DNA from: Patescibacteria group bacterium
GTDB lineage: Bacteria; Patescibacteriota; Patescibacteriia; UBA11705; DATKZF01
Assembly (NCBI GenBank): GCA_049319825.1
Contig: JBMORT010000002.1
Location: 114,002-178,001 of the forward strand
Reading direction: 5' to 3'
DNA: 64,000 nucleotides
The notes under the pieces are model-generated. The model did not search any database. It saw nothing but the letters and a program-made list of their open reading frames with translations, and was not told where the DNA came from. Positions 9,170 through 19,639 of this stretch are shown one piece after another. Every line of letters begins with the position of its first letter. The stretch's first letter is position 1. Position numbers and translations under genes: made by a program.

Positions 9170-9724
9170 GAAAGAGTTACGAATCACATATATAGTATAA
9201 ATATTACAAATGCACTTGCGAAGGAAAAAGGTGAAAGTTATAAATTTCTGCCCGACTTTCAGTCGGCTTGTTTAATGATAAGCTCACTTGAAGGGGGGTA
9301 GCATACAAAATTTTTAGTCCCGTTTGGCGGGACATTTTTTTAAATAAGCAGAAGGCTTGCCTTTCTGCGACCGAATGCCGCTGGCGCGGATTTTTTTCCG
9401 GTCGGGGAAACAAAGTTTCCCCTCAGCGTCAGCAGGGCGGGCGGCCGAGTAAGTCAATGCCGAAGGAAATCACCGAGCAAATCAATGCCGAGGGGAATCT
9501 GTGATTCCCCGAACGGTCTTGCTCGGCATTTTTTAAAAATAAAAAAGAGGGAGACATTGGGGACTTCGTTCTTTAACGGACAACCCTCGAGTCGTCTCCC
9601 TCAAGTGGTGTAAGGCGCGGCGGACAATCAAACCGTCGTTATTTTTATACAGATCGACTGTCGTCCGCCGACAGGGTGTTATATCAAATAAAGTCATTGC
9701 TGTCAAGCGCCCGCGCTTTCCAAT

Positions 9725-11938
9725 CTAGTCTTTATACCATCTCATTGACAGCGAATTTGACACCACACTCACCGAAGAGAACGCCATGGCCGCGGCGGCA
9801 ATGGCCGGGCTGAGCAGCCAGCCGGTCAATGGATATAAGATACCGGCGGCGATAGGAATGCCGACAGCGTTATAGAAGAATGCCCAGAAGAGATTTTGTT
9901 TGATTTTTTTAAGTGTGAATTTGCTTAATTCAATTGCTCGGCTGACATCCAGCAGATCGCTTTTAACCAAGATGATCTCTCCTGTTTCCAGGGCGACGTC
10001 AGTGCCGGCGCCGATGGCGATTCCTAGATTTGCTTGAGCTAATGCTGGCGCGTCATTGATGCCATCGCCGACCATGGCCACGATTCGGCCTTCGGCTTGA
10101 AGTTCTTTTATCTTTTCGGACTTTTCGGGCGGCAAGACTTCGGCCAGAACTTCTTTTATGCCGAGTTGCTCGGCAATGGCCTTTGCCACTCGCTCATTAT
10201 CTCCGGTAATCATAATGACTTTTACCTTGGTCGATTTTAGTTTGGCAACGGCATCCCGGGCATTGTCTTTTACGGTGTCGGCAATCGCGATCAGGCCGAT
10301 GATTGATTGGTCAATCGCGACAAGAATCGAGGTTTTGCCTGCGCTGGTCAGCTCATCGATTTTAGCGTCGGCTCTTTCGATATTAATTTTGTTCTCGGAC
10401 ATTAATTTTTTCGTGCCGATAAGAATTTTTTGGCCATTGATTTGGCCGCTCACGCCTTGTCCGGCCAGTTCATTGAAATCAATCGTTTTCATTAGCGCTA
10501 AATTTTTTTCTTTGGCCGCTTGCACCACCGCGTTTGCCAGTGGGTGAGTGGAATTGTGCTCGATCGAGGCCGCGACTTTTAACAAATCATTTTTATCACC
10601 CGATAAAGCAATGATGTCCACCACTTTTGGCTCGCCCTTGGTCAGAGTGCCGGTTTTATCGAAAACAATGGTATTAATTTTTCGGGCGATTTCAAGAGCC
10701 TTTGAAGTTTTAATCAAAATGCCGCGCTTGGACGCCAAGCCTGACCCCATCATTACGGCTGTGGGCGTGGCTAAGCCGAGCGCGCACGGGCAGGCGATGA
10801 TCAGCACGGAAATAAATGTTGTCAAAGACAGTATTAAATCATTTCTAAATACCAGCCATGAAATAAAGGACAGCGCCGCAATTCCCAGCACGGCGGGCAC
10901 GAAATATAAAGAGATTTTATCTGCTAAAAGTTGTATTGGCGCTTTTGAAGAAAGTGCTTCTTCGACTATTTTTATAATTTGCGATAGCATGGTGTCGCTG
11001 CCGACCTTTGTGGCTTTGATTTTCAGTATGCCGGAAACATTAATGGTGGCACCGATGACCGTGTCGCCTTCTTTTTTACCCAGCGGAATGCTTTCACCAG
11101 TAATGGCTTTTTCGTCGATGCTTGAATGGCCTTCGATAATCACGCCGTCTGTCGGAATTTTTTGACCCGGTTTGACGATTAAGATGTCATTGCGGTTGAT
11201 CTGGTCGATCGGCACTCGAATTTCTATGCCATTTTCTAAAACAGTGGCTTCCTTGGCGGCAATGCCGATCAGACTCCTGACCGCTTCGCCGGCTTTGCCT
11301 TTTGTTTTCTCTTCCAAATATTCTCCCAATATAATAAAGGTTAGAATGAAAATAGAGCTCTCAAAATACAAATGAAAAGGTAAGCTCCCAACATTGAATA
11401 TTTTTAAAGAAAGCGCAGCGATACTGTAAAAGTAAGCGGCGGCTGTTCCCAAAAATATCAGTGAATCCATTCCCGGCCTGAGTTTGATCAAGCCTTTTAC
11501 TCCCATTTTCCAAATTGAGAAATTGGTTAATATCACAGCAGAGGCCAGGCCGAGCTGAAGCATATAATTGAAATTTTCTGGAATTTTTTCGATCGGCAAG
11601 CCGATCATCGGCCCCATTGAAAAGATGATTATCGGGATCGCCAGTAAAAGTGATATGATAAAGCGCGTTTTCAGGTTTCGGCCGCCGTGCCCGTGTTCAT
11701 GGCCGGCTGATAGAATCTGCGCTTCGCGGGCGCTGTACCCAAGCTCGGTAATTTTATGTTTGATCTCCTCTAGGGATATTTGGGCCGGGTCAAACTCCAC
11801 TGCCGCTTTTTCAGTGGCGAAGTTGATCGAAGCATTGGCAATGCCTGTGGTTTTCCGAAGCGCGCTTTCAATATTAACCACGCAACTTTGGCAATGCATG
11901 CCCGATATGGAGAGAGATTTTTTTTCCAAATGATTCAT
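9725..11938 (-). CDS. copA: copper-translocating P1B-type ATPase
   Basis: N-terminal HMA motif GMHCQSC. CPC motif (ACPCALGLATP). DKTGTLT phosphorylation site. GDGINDAP hinge. Confidence 0.9.
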   Translation of the reverse strand: MNHLEKKSLSISGMHCQSCVVNIESALRKTTGIANASINFATEKAAVEFDPAQISLEEIKHKITELGYSAREAQILSAGHEHGHGGRNLKTRFIISLLLAIPIIIFSMGPMIGLPIEKIPENFNYMLQLGLASAVILTNFSIWKMGVKGLIKLRPGMDSLIFLGTAAAYFYSIAALSLKIFNVGSLPFHLYFESSIFILTFIILGEYLEEKTKGKAGEAVRSLIGIAAKEATVLENGIEIRVPIDQINRNDILIVKPGQKIPTDGVIIEGHSSIDEKAITGESIPLGKKEGDTVIGATINVSGILKIKATKVGSDTMLSQIIKIVEEALSSKAPIQLLADKISLYFVPAVLGIAALSFISWLVFRNDLILSLTTFISVLIIACPCALGLATPTAVMMGSGLASKRGILIKTSKALEIARKINTIVFDKTGTLTKGEPKVVDIIALSGDKNDLLKVAASIEHNSTHPLANAVVQAAKEKNLALMKTIDFNELAGQGVSGQINGQKILIGTKKLMSENKINIERADAKIDELTSAGKTSILVAIDQSIIGLIAIADTVKDNARDAVAKLKSTKVKVIMITGDNERVAKAIAEQLGIKEVLAEVLPPEKSEKIKELQAEGRIVAMVGDGINDAPALAQANLGIAIGAGTDVALETGEIILVKSDLLDVSRAIELSKFTLKKIKQNLFWAFFYNAVGIPIAAGILYPLTGWLLSPAIAAAAMAFSSVSVVSNSLSMRWYKD

Positions 11939-12020
11939 ATTATTTTATATTATATCGATCCGGATTTGACATTCGCATCTGCTCGCAAAGCGATATCCGC
12001 CGCGGGCCGAGCAGCCGGCA

Positions 12021-13433
12021 TCATTTGATGGTATTATTTTTGTCAAATTTTTGCGATGATTCTTTGACGTCTTTTTCTGTGACAATGAATTTGCCCCAGA
12101 CCATCCGCATCCGGCAGCTGAATTTTATTTCACCGATTTTAGTCGGAGTGAATTCAATAATATTTTCGCCGTAGCCGAGTTTCTTTCGAACATTATAATC
12201 CGGCATGATGATTTCATCAGTGCAGCCGCTCATTTGCTTGACATTGATCACCCAGCGTACCGGGATTCCGACCTTGATATATAAAATATTCGGAGAATAG
12301 CCGCTGTATGTCAAATCCATATTCACGGTTTGATATTCTTTTACCTCGCCGGTAACCAGGTATTCGGTTTTCGAATAATTGTCTTTGAAAATTCCGCCAA
12401 ATCCCCAACCGAAGTTAGTTAGGCCTCGGTTAAACATTATCACGCCCAGCATGATCACTATCAGCCCGGAATATTTTATCAGCTTGTTGATTTGCGAGCC
12501 TTTGATTTTAGAAACTAAATTGCCGAATACAAACATGATCGGGATTGTTCCTGCAGCAAAGAGTGCCATTGACAGCATACCGGTCCAAAAGCTGCCTGAA
12601 GCCAGCGCGTAAATTTGCATGGCCTGAAGCGGTCCGCAAGGCATAAAGCCGTTAAGCAGTCCGATTATAAACGGACCCTTGGATTTTTTTGATTTGTTTT
12701 GATTAAAAAGGCATTTGACGATTGATCTGGGCATTCGCAATTGCAATTTTTGAAAAATTTTAAAATTTGTGAATAATGAAATACCCATGAACACCATTAA
12801 TATTCCCGCAATAATGGTGACAATTCCAGTAAAAGTCGGATTAATGCCGAAAAATGAGCCGATCCCTCCTAAAATTCCGCCGATAATGGAGTAGGATATG
12901 AGGCGACCCAAATTATAACTAAGATGCCCCAGTTTTTTTGTTTTGGAACTAAGGAGATTTTTATTCATTGTCGCACTATAAGTAATAACCAAGCTCCCGC
13001 ACATTCCAATGCAATGAAACCCAGCTAAAATCCCAATTATAAATATCAGCCAGTAGCTGACCTTTAATTCATTGATCCTGGCCAGCAGCTCGAAAAATCC
13101 TAGTTTTTCAATAAGAAAATATGCCAGAAAAAGTCCGGCAATGAGCGTGAGCGGCCAGACGATTTTTTTTATTTTGCTGTTTGAACAGTTGTCAGAATTT
13201 TTGACCCGACTGCCAGACTTGAGCGCACTTGCGCGATAATTCAATTTTTCGATCGCTCTGACGATTTGATCCACGGAAGCCGCGCTACTGTCATATTCAA
13301 TTTCCGCCAGAGATTTGTTGAAATCCACCTCGGCACCGCTGATGCCTTCCGTCTCCTTGAGCTCGGTTTCGATCAAAGTGGCGCAGCTGGCGCAGTGCAT
13401 GCCCGAAATTTTTAATTTTATTGACCGGAGCAT
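12021..13433 (-). CDS. HMA-domain membrane protein with UreH-like/DsbD_2-type TM core and C-terminal cupredoxin-like domain
   Basis: Likely start MLRSIKLKISGMHCASC (HMA). TM region carries Cys motifs HCIGMCGSL and GFMPCGPLQ. The C-terminal roughly 130 aa form a beta-rich domain with C…C-x-M-x-M (SGCTDEII…FSCRMRMVWGKFIV). The ORF-track start at 13499 is probably an upstream extension. Confidence 0.6.
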   Translation of the reverse strand: MLRSIKLKISGMHCASCATLIETELKETEGISGAEVDFNKSLAEIEYDSSAASVDQIVRAIEKLNYRASALKSGSRVKNSDNCSNSKIKKIVWPLTLIAGLFLAYFLIEKLGFFELLARINELKVSYWLIFIIGILAGFHCIGMCGSLVITYSATMNKNLLSSKTKKLGHLSYNLGRLISYSIIGGILGGIGSFFGINPTFTGIVTIIAGILMVFMGISLFTNFKIFQKLQLRMPRSIVKCLFNQNKSKKSKGPFIIGLLNGFMPCGPLQAMQIYALASGSFWTGMLSMALFAAGTIPIMFVFGNLVSKIKGSQINKLIKYSGLIVIMLGVIMFNRGLTNFGWGFGGIFKDNYSKTEYLVTGEVKEYQTVNMDLTYSGYSPNILYIKVGIPVRWVINVKQMSGCTDEIIMPDYNVRKKLGYGENIIEFTPTKIGEIKFSCRMRMVWGKFIVTEKDVKESSQKFDKNNTIK

Positions 13434-13434
13434 A

Positions 13435-13707
13435 TCATTTATTGGACATCTTGCTGACACGCAATATTTCAGCGACCATTTTTTGTTTTTTGGCCTCATT
13501 TTTAGCAGCCATGGCGTCTTTGAAGCAGCTACCGAGGTGGCCCTCCATTAATAATTGATGGGCTGATTTTAAAAGTCCGATTACGGCCAAATTTTGCTGC
13601 ATGATATCAATGCAGTATTTATCAGCTTCCACCATGTCAATAATGTTTTGAATATGGCTTTTGGCTTTTTTGAAATTGACTAAAGCTTTTTCTTTTTGGC
13701 TGGTCAT
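13435..13707 (-). CDS. csoR: CsoR/RcnR-family metal-sensing transcriptional repressor
   Basis: 90 aa with the C-H-C signature (YCIDIMQQNLAVIGLLKSAHQLLMEGHLGSC). Sits first in the operon with the HMA protein and copA. Confidence 0.8.
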   Translation of the reverse strand: MTSQKEKALVNFKKAKSHIQNIIDMVEADKYCIDIMQQNLAVIGLLKSAHQLLMEGHLGSCFKDAMAAKNEAKKQKMVAEILRVSKMSNK

Positions 13708-13725
13708 AATATTGATAATTAATTA

Positions 13726-13750
13726 TTACCTATACCTATGGTATAGGTAA
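13726..13750. promoter_or_regulatory. candidate CsoR operator (palindrome over the csoR promoter)
   Basis: TTACCTATACC-TAT-GGTATAGGTAA, perfect 11-bp inverted arms, 19 bp upstream of the csoR start codon. Confidence 0.55.
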
Positions 13751-13871
13751 TAAAAAATTAAGTCAAGAGAATTTGTCCACAATAAAGCCATAAAGCGCCC
13801 GCATCCGGTCGGGAAAACGAAGCTTTCGCCTCGGCGCCACCTGTTGTTCACGCCGAATTAAAAAAGCCGAG

Positions 13872-14294
13872 CTAGGTGCGGCTCGACTGTGGCAATTGGG
13901 ATTTGATCCAGATGTGGCCTTCCGCCTGAGTTTGGCATAATCGCAGATAATAAACTTCATTAACGATCACGTCTTTTCCCATCGGTATTGCTTGGCTTAC
14001 CGCTTCGGATGACGGTCGAATTTTCAGTGAGTTTGCTCCATCCATCTTAAAATACATGCCTAATGCTCGCGTCGCCCATCTTCTTGATACGGGAAGCACG
14101 CCGAATTCAAGAGAATGTTCAAGGTGAAAAGGCTCTTTTTTTACATAAGCCAAGTGAGCATCAGCGTGCGCGAAAGCCACCCGTTTCATCAAGGTAGAAT
14201 ATTTTTCACGCAGCGTTAAATCTTTTGGATTATCCATCATTTGCGCGCTGAGAATGCGCAATTCTTGAATCAGCTGATCGTTGTCAGCGGTCAT
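13872..14294 (-). CDS. hypothetical protein (140 aa)
   Basis: AAGGAG SD 7 nt upstream. TTGACA-18-TAAAAT promoter on the minus strand at about 14300-14345. No family recognised. Confidence 0.45.
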   Translation of the reverse strand: MTADNDQLIQELRILSAQMMDNPKDLTLREKYSTLMKRVAFAHADAHLAYVKKEPFHLEHSLEFGVLPVSRRWATRALGMYFKMDGANSLKIRPSSEAVSQAIPMGKDVIVNEVYYLRLCQTQAEGHIWIKSQLPQSSRT

Positions 14295-14439
14295 CCAATT
14301 CTCCTTTGCGAAAATGGTATCTTAATTTTATCTTTTCTTCGAAGATATTGTCAATAAAAAACAGCCCTCGCGGGCTGTTCTATGTTTTTTCTGAGGATAT
14401 CGTGCAGCAAATTGAATGTCAGCGTCCCAGCTGTTTCTT

Positions 14440-16125
<1,686 letters not shown>

Positions 16126-16212
16126 TTACGAATGGTTGCGGGTTACATGGTTTGAGGTTGAGGTTTTGAAGCTGGAAATTATATTCTAGCCTCTATACCT
16201 CAGACTCAAATA

Positions 16213-16497
16213 TTATTCGATAATCGCCAATATATCCGATTCAGATAACACTAACAGTTCTTGACCGTCGATTTTCACTTCATGCGGGCTGTATTTGGTG
16301 AATAAGACTTTGTCGCCGACTTTGACTTCCATTGACGCGTGCTGGCCGTTGTCCAAGAGCCGTCCGGCGCCGACAGCCACGACTTCGCCTTTTTCCGGTT
16401 TTTCTTTATCAACAGTTTCAGGAATAATAATGCCTGAAGCGGTTTCTTCCTGGGTGATAGGTTTAACGACAATTTTGTCTGTTAAGGGTTTTAGCAT
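16213..16497 (-). CDS. groES: co-chaperonin GroES
   Basis: 94 aa, [13 protein letters not shown]… canonical GroES. Confidence 0.95.
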   Translation of the reverse strand: MLKPLTDKIVVKPITQEETASGIIIPETVDKEKPEKGEVVAVGAGRLLDNGQHASMEVKVGDKVLFTKYSPHEVKIDGQELLVLSESDILAIIE

Positions 16498-16498
16498 A

Positions 16499-16877
16499 TT
16501 TTTTGTGGGTTACAAGACAGTATCAGTTGATACAAGCGATGCAAATATACGAATGCATGCGAATTATACGAATATCCGTAAATTAGTATCATTAGTATTA
16601 ATTCGTATATTAGCATCGAGACTTAGTATTCTGTAACATCTCGTAACAATTAACGATTATTGCATTAAAAATGATTAGTTTATCTTATTTTTTATGGGTT
16701 ACAAGACAGTATCAGTTGATACAAGCGATGCAAATATACGAATGCATGCGAATTATACGAATATCCGTAAATTAGTATCATTAGTATTAATTCGTATATT
16801 AGCATCGAGACTTAGTATTCTGTAACATCTCGTAACAATTAACGATTATTGCATTAAAAATGATTAGTTTATCTTAT
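16499..16877. repeat. tandem duplication, 2 x 189 bp, directly upstream of groES
   Basis: Unit 1 about 16499-16687 and unit 2 about 16688-16877 are identical except for about one position (ttttgtggg vs tttatggg). Each unit carries TACGAAT x3 plus an inverted ATTCGTA, and TTAGTAT-type words. Confidence 0.85.
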
Positions 16878-17034
16878 AATATTTCGATATCCCGTGTCAA
16901 GGCATGAAAAAAAAAAAAGAACATTTTCCCGTGTTTTTAGTTCCTGGGCTGTTGACTTCCTCGAAAAACAATGTTAATGCTGTTGAAGCGCAACGCGCGG
17001 CAATTGAAGCTAGAGCGACAGGAGGTGAAGCGCC

Positions 17035-17253
17035 ATGAAGCGAATTTACATTTCTTTTTGGCCGGATATCAGGGTGATGCCAACAGACCACGAATTGGAC
17101 CAAGATCCAAAAACAAGCAGCTGGTTTGACGCTGAGGCTTCTCATGGTCTGGCCGATCTGTTTGAATTCTTGCGATATAACCTGGCCGCTCGCGATGCAG
17201 TGAATACGCTGATTATGGAAGCCTATAAATACGGAAGGGTAAAAAAAAGCTGA
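17035..17253 (+). CDS. small hypothetical protein (72 aa), GC-richer than surroundings
   Basis: AGGAGGTG SD 7 nt before the ATG. TTGACT-16-TTAATG promoter at 16952-16979. Followed by bidirectional hairpin AAAAAAAGC…GCTTTTTT. The antisense 121-aa ORF is rejected. Confidence 0.5.
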   Translation: MKRIYISFWPDIRVMPTDHELDQDPKTSSWFDAEASHGLADLFEFLRYNLAARDAVNTLIMEAYKYGRVKKS

Positions 17254-17282
17254 ATCAAGCACCCTGAATCAAGGGAGCTTTT

Positions 17283-18632
17283 TTATTTGAGCAAATTATT
17301 TTTTTCGTCAAAAACGAACTTAATGGTCAATGCGGAAACCGCCAAAAGCAAATTGCCGAAATGCAGACTCCAGAGGAAGTGGTCGAAAAAGCAAATTATG
17401 ATCAAGCTGATGATGATTGATAATGAAAAAATTATTTCAATGTTGAACCAGCGGCCTTTGAGGTGTTTTATCATTTTTTTTACGATGAAAAATGCAATTG
17501 CCGAAAACAGCAGGGTTAAAATTATTCCCATTTCAGTCATTGCTAAAACGAAGCCGTTATGAACCGGCTGAAGCTGCCAGACCTGCCAGTCAGGATGAAG
17601 CTTTGAAAGCGCCGTCGTGTAATTGCCCGGACCAGTGCCGATAAATAAGTGTTGCTTAAATATCCGCCAGGTATCCTGATAGCCGGAGATTCTCTCGGTA
17701 ATTGATTTGACTTCCAGTCGTTCTTGCATTTGGAAACGGGTAAAAATCAAATCGGATTTGACAATGGAAAAACCGATGATAACGAGCAGGGTGGCGATCA
17801 CGATTTTATTGATCTGGGATTTATGCTTATTCCAAAAATCCTTTTTCGAAGACCCGATTATTAATATGAAAAGCAGCGAAGCAAAAAGCGCCAGCGCCGC
17901 TCCGCGTGAAAAAGTCACGAGCAAGGCAATGAAGAGAAAAATAAACGAAGCGAGTAAGAATTTTTTTTTCTTTTTATTGGTTTCCTCCAAAAATTGATAA
18001 ATGATAAAAAGCAGAACAATTACCAGGAATCCGGCTAAAATATTGGGATGAGGCAGGGAACCATAGGCGCGCAAAATCCTTTGCCCGCCCGATTCAATCA
18101 CTGACGTGCCTAAAACTTGCGGATCCTGGCCGGCCATGCCCAGCCACTTGCTGGCAATGACCTTTTGAGATAAGAATTGTTCGATCGCCAGAATGCCTTG
18201 AAAAAGTCCTGAGCCGATCAGCGCCCAGCTGAATTTTTTAAAGTTATACAGAAAGAAGATAATCAGTCCGGCCAAGGCCAGCGACTCGATAAATTGAATG
18301 GCTTTGTAAAATGAAAATCCCGGATTGTCGTTAGATGTGATATTGATAATCGCCAGAGCGATCAAAACGGCGGCAGCCATGGAAAAAACGGCCAATTTCT
18401 TCCGGCGGTATCTCTGAATGAAATTTTTAAGATTGAATTTTTGAAAAAAATAAATGATTGCCAGAACCAAAATGACCAGAAAAAGAATTTCTGTACCATA
18501 AAGGCTCCGGGTTTGATATTCCCAAAATTCGTCTTTGTAAGTCGCCGGCCGATACAGCCACCGTGTCTGAATCGGCAAGATAAAAATTAGCAGATAAAAA
18601 AGCCATTCAGCGGCTTTCAATGTTTTGTTCAT
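17283..18632 (-). CDS. polytopic membrane protein, O-antigen ligase/Wzy-like (putative)
   Basis: 449 aa, at least 10 predicted TM helices with a large loop. Family assignment is by overall resemblance only. Confidence 0.4.
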   Translation of the reverse strand: MNKTLKAAEWLFYLLIFILPIQTRWLYRPATYKDEFWEYQTRSLYGTEILFLVILVLAIIYFFQKFNLKNFIQRYRRKKLAVFSMAAAVLIALAIINITSNDNPGFSFYKAIQFIESLALAGLIIFFLYNFKKFSWALIGSGLFQGILAIEQFLSQKVIASKWLGMAGQDPQVLGTSVIESGGQRILRAYGSLPHPNILAGFLVIVLLFIIYQFLEETNKKKKKFLLASFIFLFIALLVTFSRGAALALFASLLFILIIGSSKKDFWNKHKSQINKIVIATLLVIIGFSIVKSDLIFTRFQMQERLEVKSITERISGYQDTWRIFKQHLFIGTGPGNYTTALSKLHPDWQVWQLQPVHNGFVLAMTEMGIILTLLFSAIAFFIVKKMIKHLKGRWFNIEIIFSLSIIISLIIICFFDHFLWSLHFGNLLLAVSALTIKFVFDEKNNLLK

Positions 18633-19569
18633 AATGCTTGATCAGGGCTTGATATTTTAATCGCCAGCGTTGGTTGTATTCTTGACGTTTGTCCTGGACA
18701 TGGAGTTTAATTATTTGGTCGGAGAGCATGACATTCGTATTCGGTTCTTTGGCGGCCAGCCTCAGTCGAGTCGGCAAAATTTTTAGCTGATAGTTTTTCA
18801 GCGGTTTGGATAAAAATTTTATAACGCTGCGACACAGTATCTTTTCGCATAATTTTTTTTCGGATATCTCCACTCTCCTTGCTCGGTTCGGTAATTGAGC
18901 AAAGGCATTTGGCAGATATTGTTTTATCCAAAGATTATTATGGAAAATTTGATCAGGATAAACGCTGTAAATCGGCAAAAATTGAGACAACCAAACTATA
19001 AAGTGGATATCCGGACATTCGCTTTGGCACTCTTCAAGATTCAAGCCGTCTTCGGAAAGGTAAAAGCTCAGGCAGATTTTATTTTTAAGATTGTCCTCGG
19101 TGGGACGTTTTTTAAAAAGATCGATTAAGAAAACAGCGAGCGAGCGCACCAGCCAAATTGTCCCGGGCCGGCAGATAATCGCCACGTCGATGTCGCTTTC
19201 CTCCCGAGCGTTGCTGTAAGACAGGGAATTGCAGACGCTGACACCGGTCACAAACGGAATTTTGGCCAGCAGCCGAAAATATTTTTTAGCGTTGGCCAGT
19301 TTTTTTCCGGCTAGTAAATAGCGTTGGCGACGAATGTTGATCAAGCTTGACCGATTCAACAAAAAATAAAATCCATGTTGGGATTCTATTTTTTTTCTGA
19401 GCAATGGTGAAGTTTCCAGCGCTTGTTTGACCGACGCATAACCGGCTTTTAGCTGCGCGCCCTTGGGGGAAATCAAGTATTTGTAAACCTCAAAACTTGT
19501 CAGCGGGTAATTGAATATATCGAAATATATAATCGTGGCCAAAATTGATTTTTCCAGTGGCGAGAGCAT
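18607..19569 (-). CDS. putative nucleotidyltransferase-fold protein
   Basis: GVSVCNSLSYSNAREESDIDVAII resembles the minimal NTase hG[GS]…DxD motif. Otherwise unknown. Confidence 0.35.
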   Translation of the reverse strand: MLSPLEKSILATIIYFDIFNYPLTSFEVYKYLISPKGAQLKAGYASVKQALETSPLLRKKIESQHGFYFLLNRSSLINIRRQRYLLAGKKLANAKKYFRLLAKIPFVTGVSVCNSLSYSNAREESDIDVAIICRPGTIWLVRSLAVFLIDLFKKRPTEDNLKNKICLSFYLSEDGLNLEECQSECPDIHFIVWLSQFLPIYSVYPDQIFHNNLWIKQYLPNAFAQLPNRARRVEISEKKLCEKILCRSVIKFLSKPLKNYQLKILPTRLRLAAKEPNTNVMLSDQIIKLHVQDKRQEYNQRWRLKYQALIKHYEQNIESR

Positions 19570-19639
19570 ACTTATGGAAAATAAAATAAAAAGGTAACAG
19601 TGAACAAAAACTTTTTAATCTTGATTTTAATCTCGTCGA

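Noticed and set aside
9170-9724. Assignment of the structured spacer to tmRNA, RNase P RNA, SRP RNA or 6S RNA
   Set aside because: I looked for hallmark strings: the tmRNA 5' GGGG…TTCGAC and 3' T-arm/CCA, the RNase P GGAAAGTCCGGGC / ACAGAAnCCGGCTTA, and the SRP GGAAGCAGCC. I found none convincingly on either strand. The same negative result applies to 25835-25955 and 29730-30048. They are left as unassigned candidates.
16570-16640. Possible CIRCE (HrcA) element upstream of groES (TTAGCATCGAGACTTAGTAT)
   Set aside because: It contains TTAGCA but lacks the inverted GAGTGCTAA partner. It is not a CIRCE. It is reported instead as part of the 189-bp tandem unit.
16897-17262. 121-aa minus-strand ORF overlapping the 72-aa plus-strand gene
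   Set aside because: It has no SD and its composition is junk-like. The plus-strand ORF has AGGAGGTG plus a promoter and terminator.
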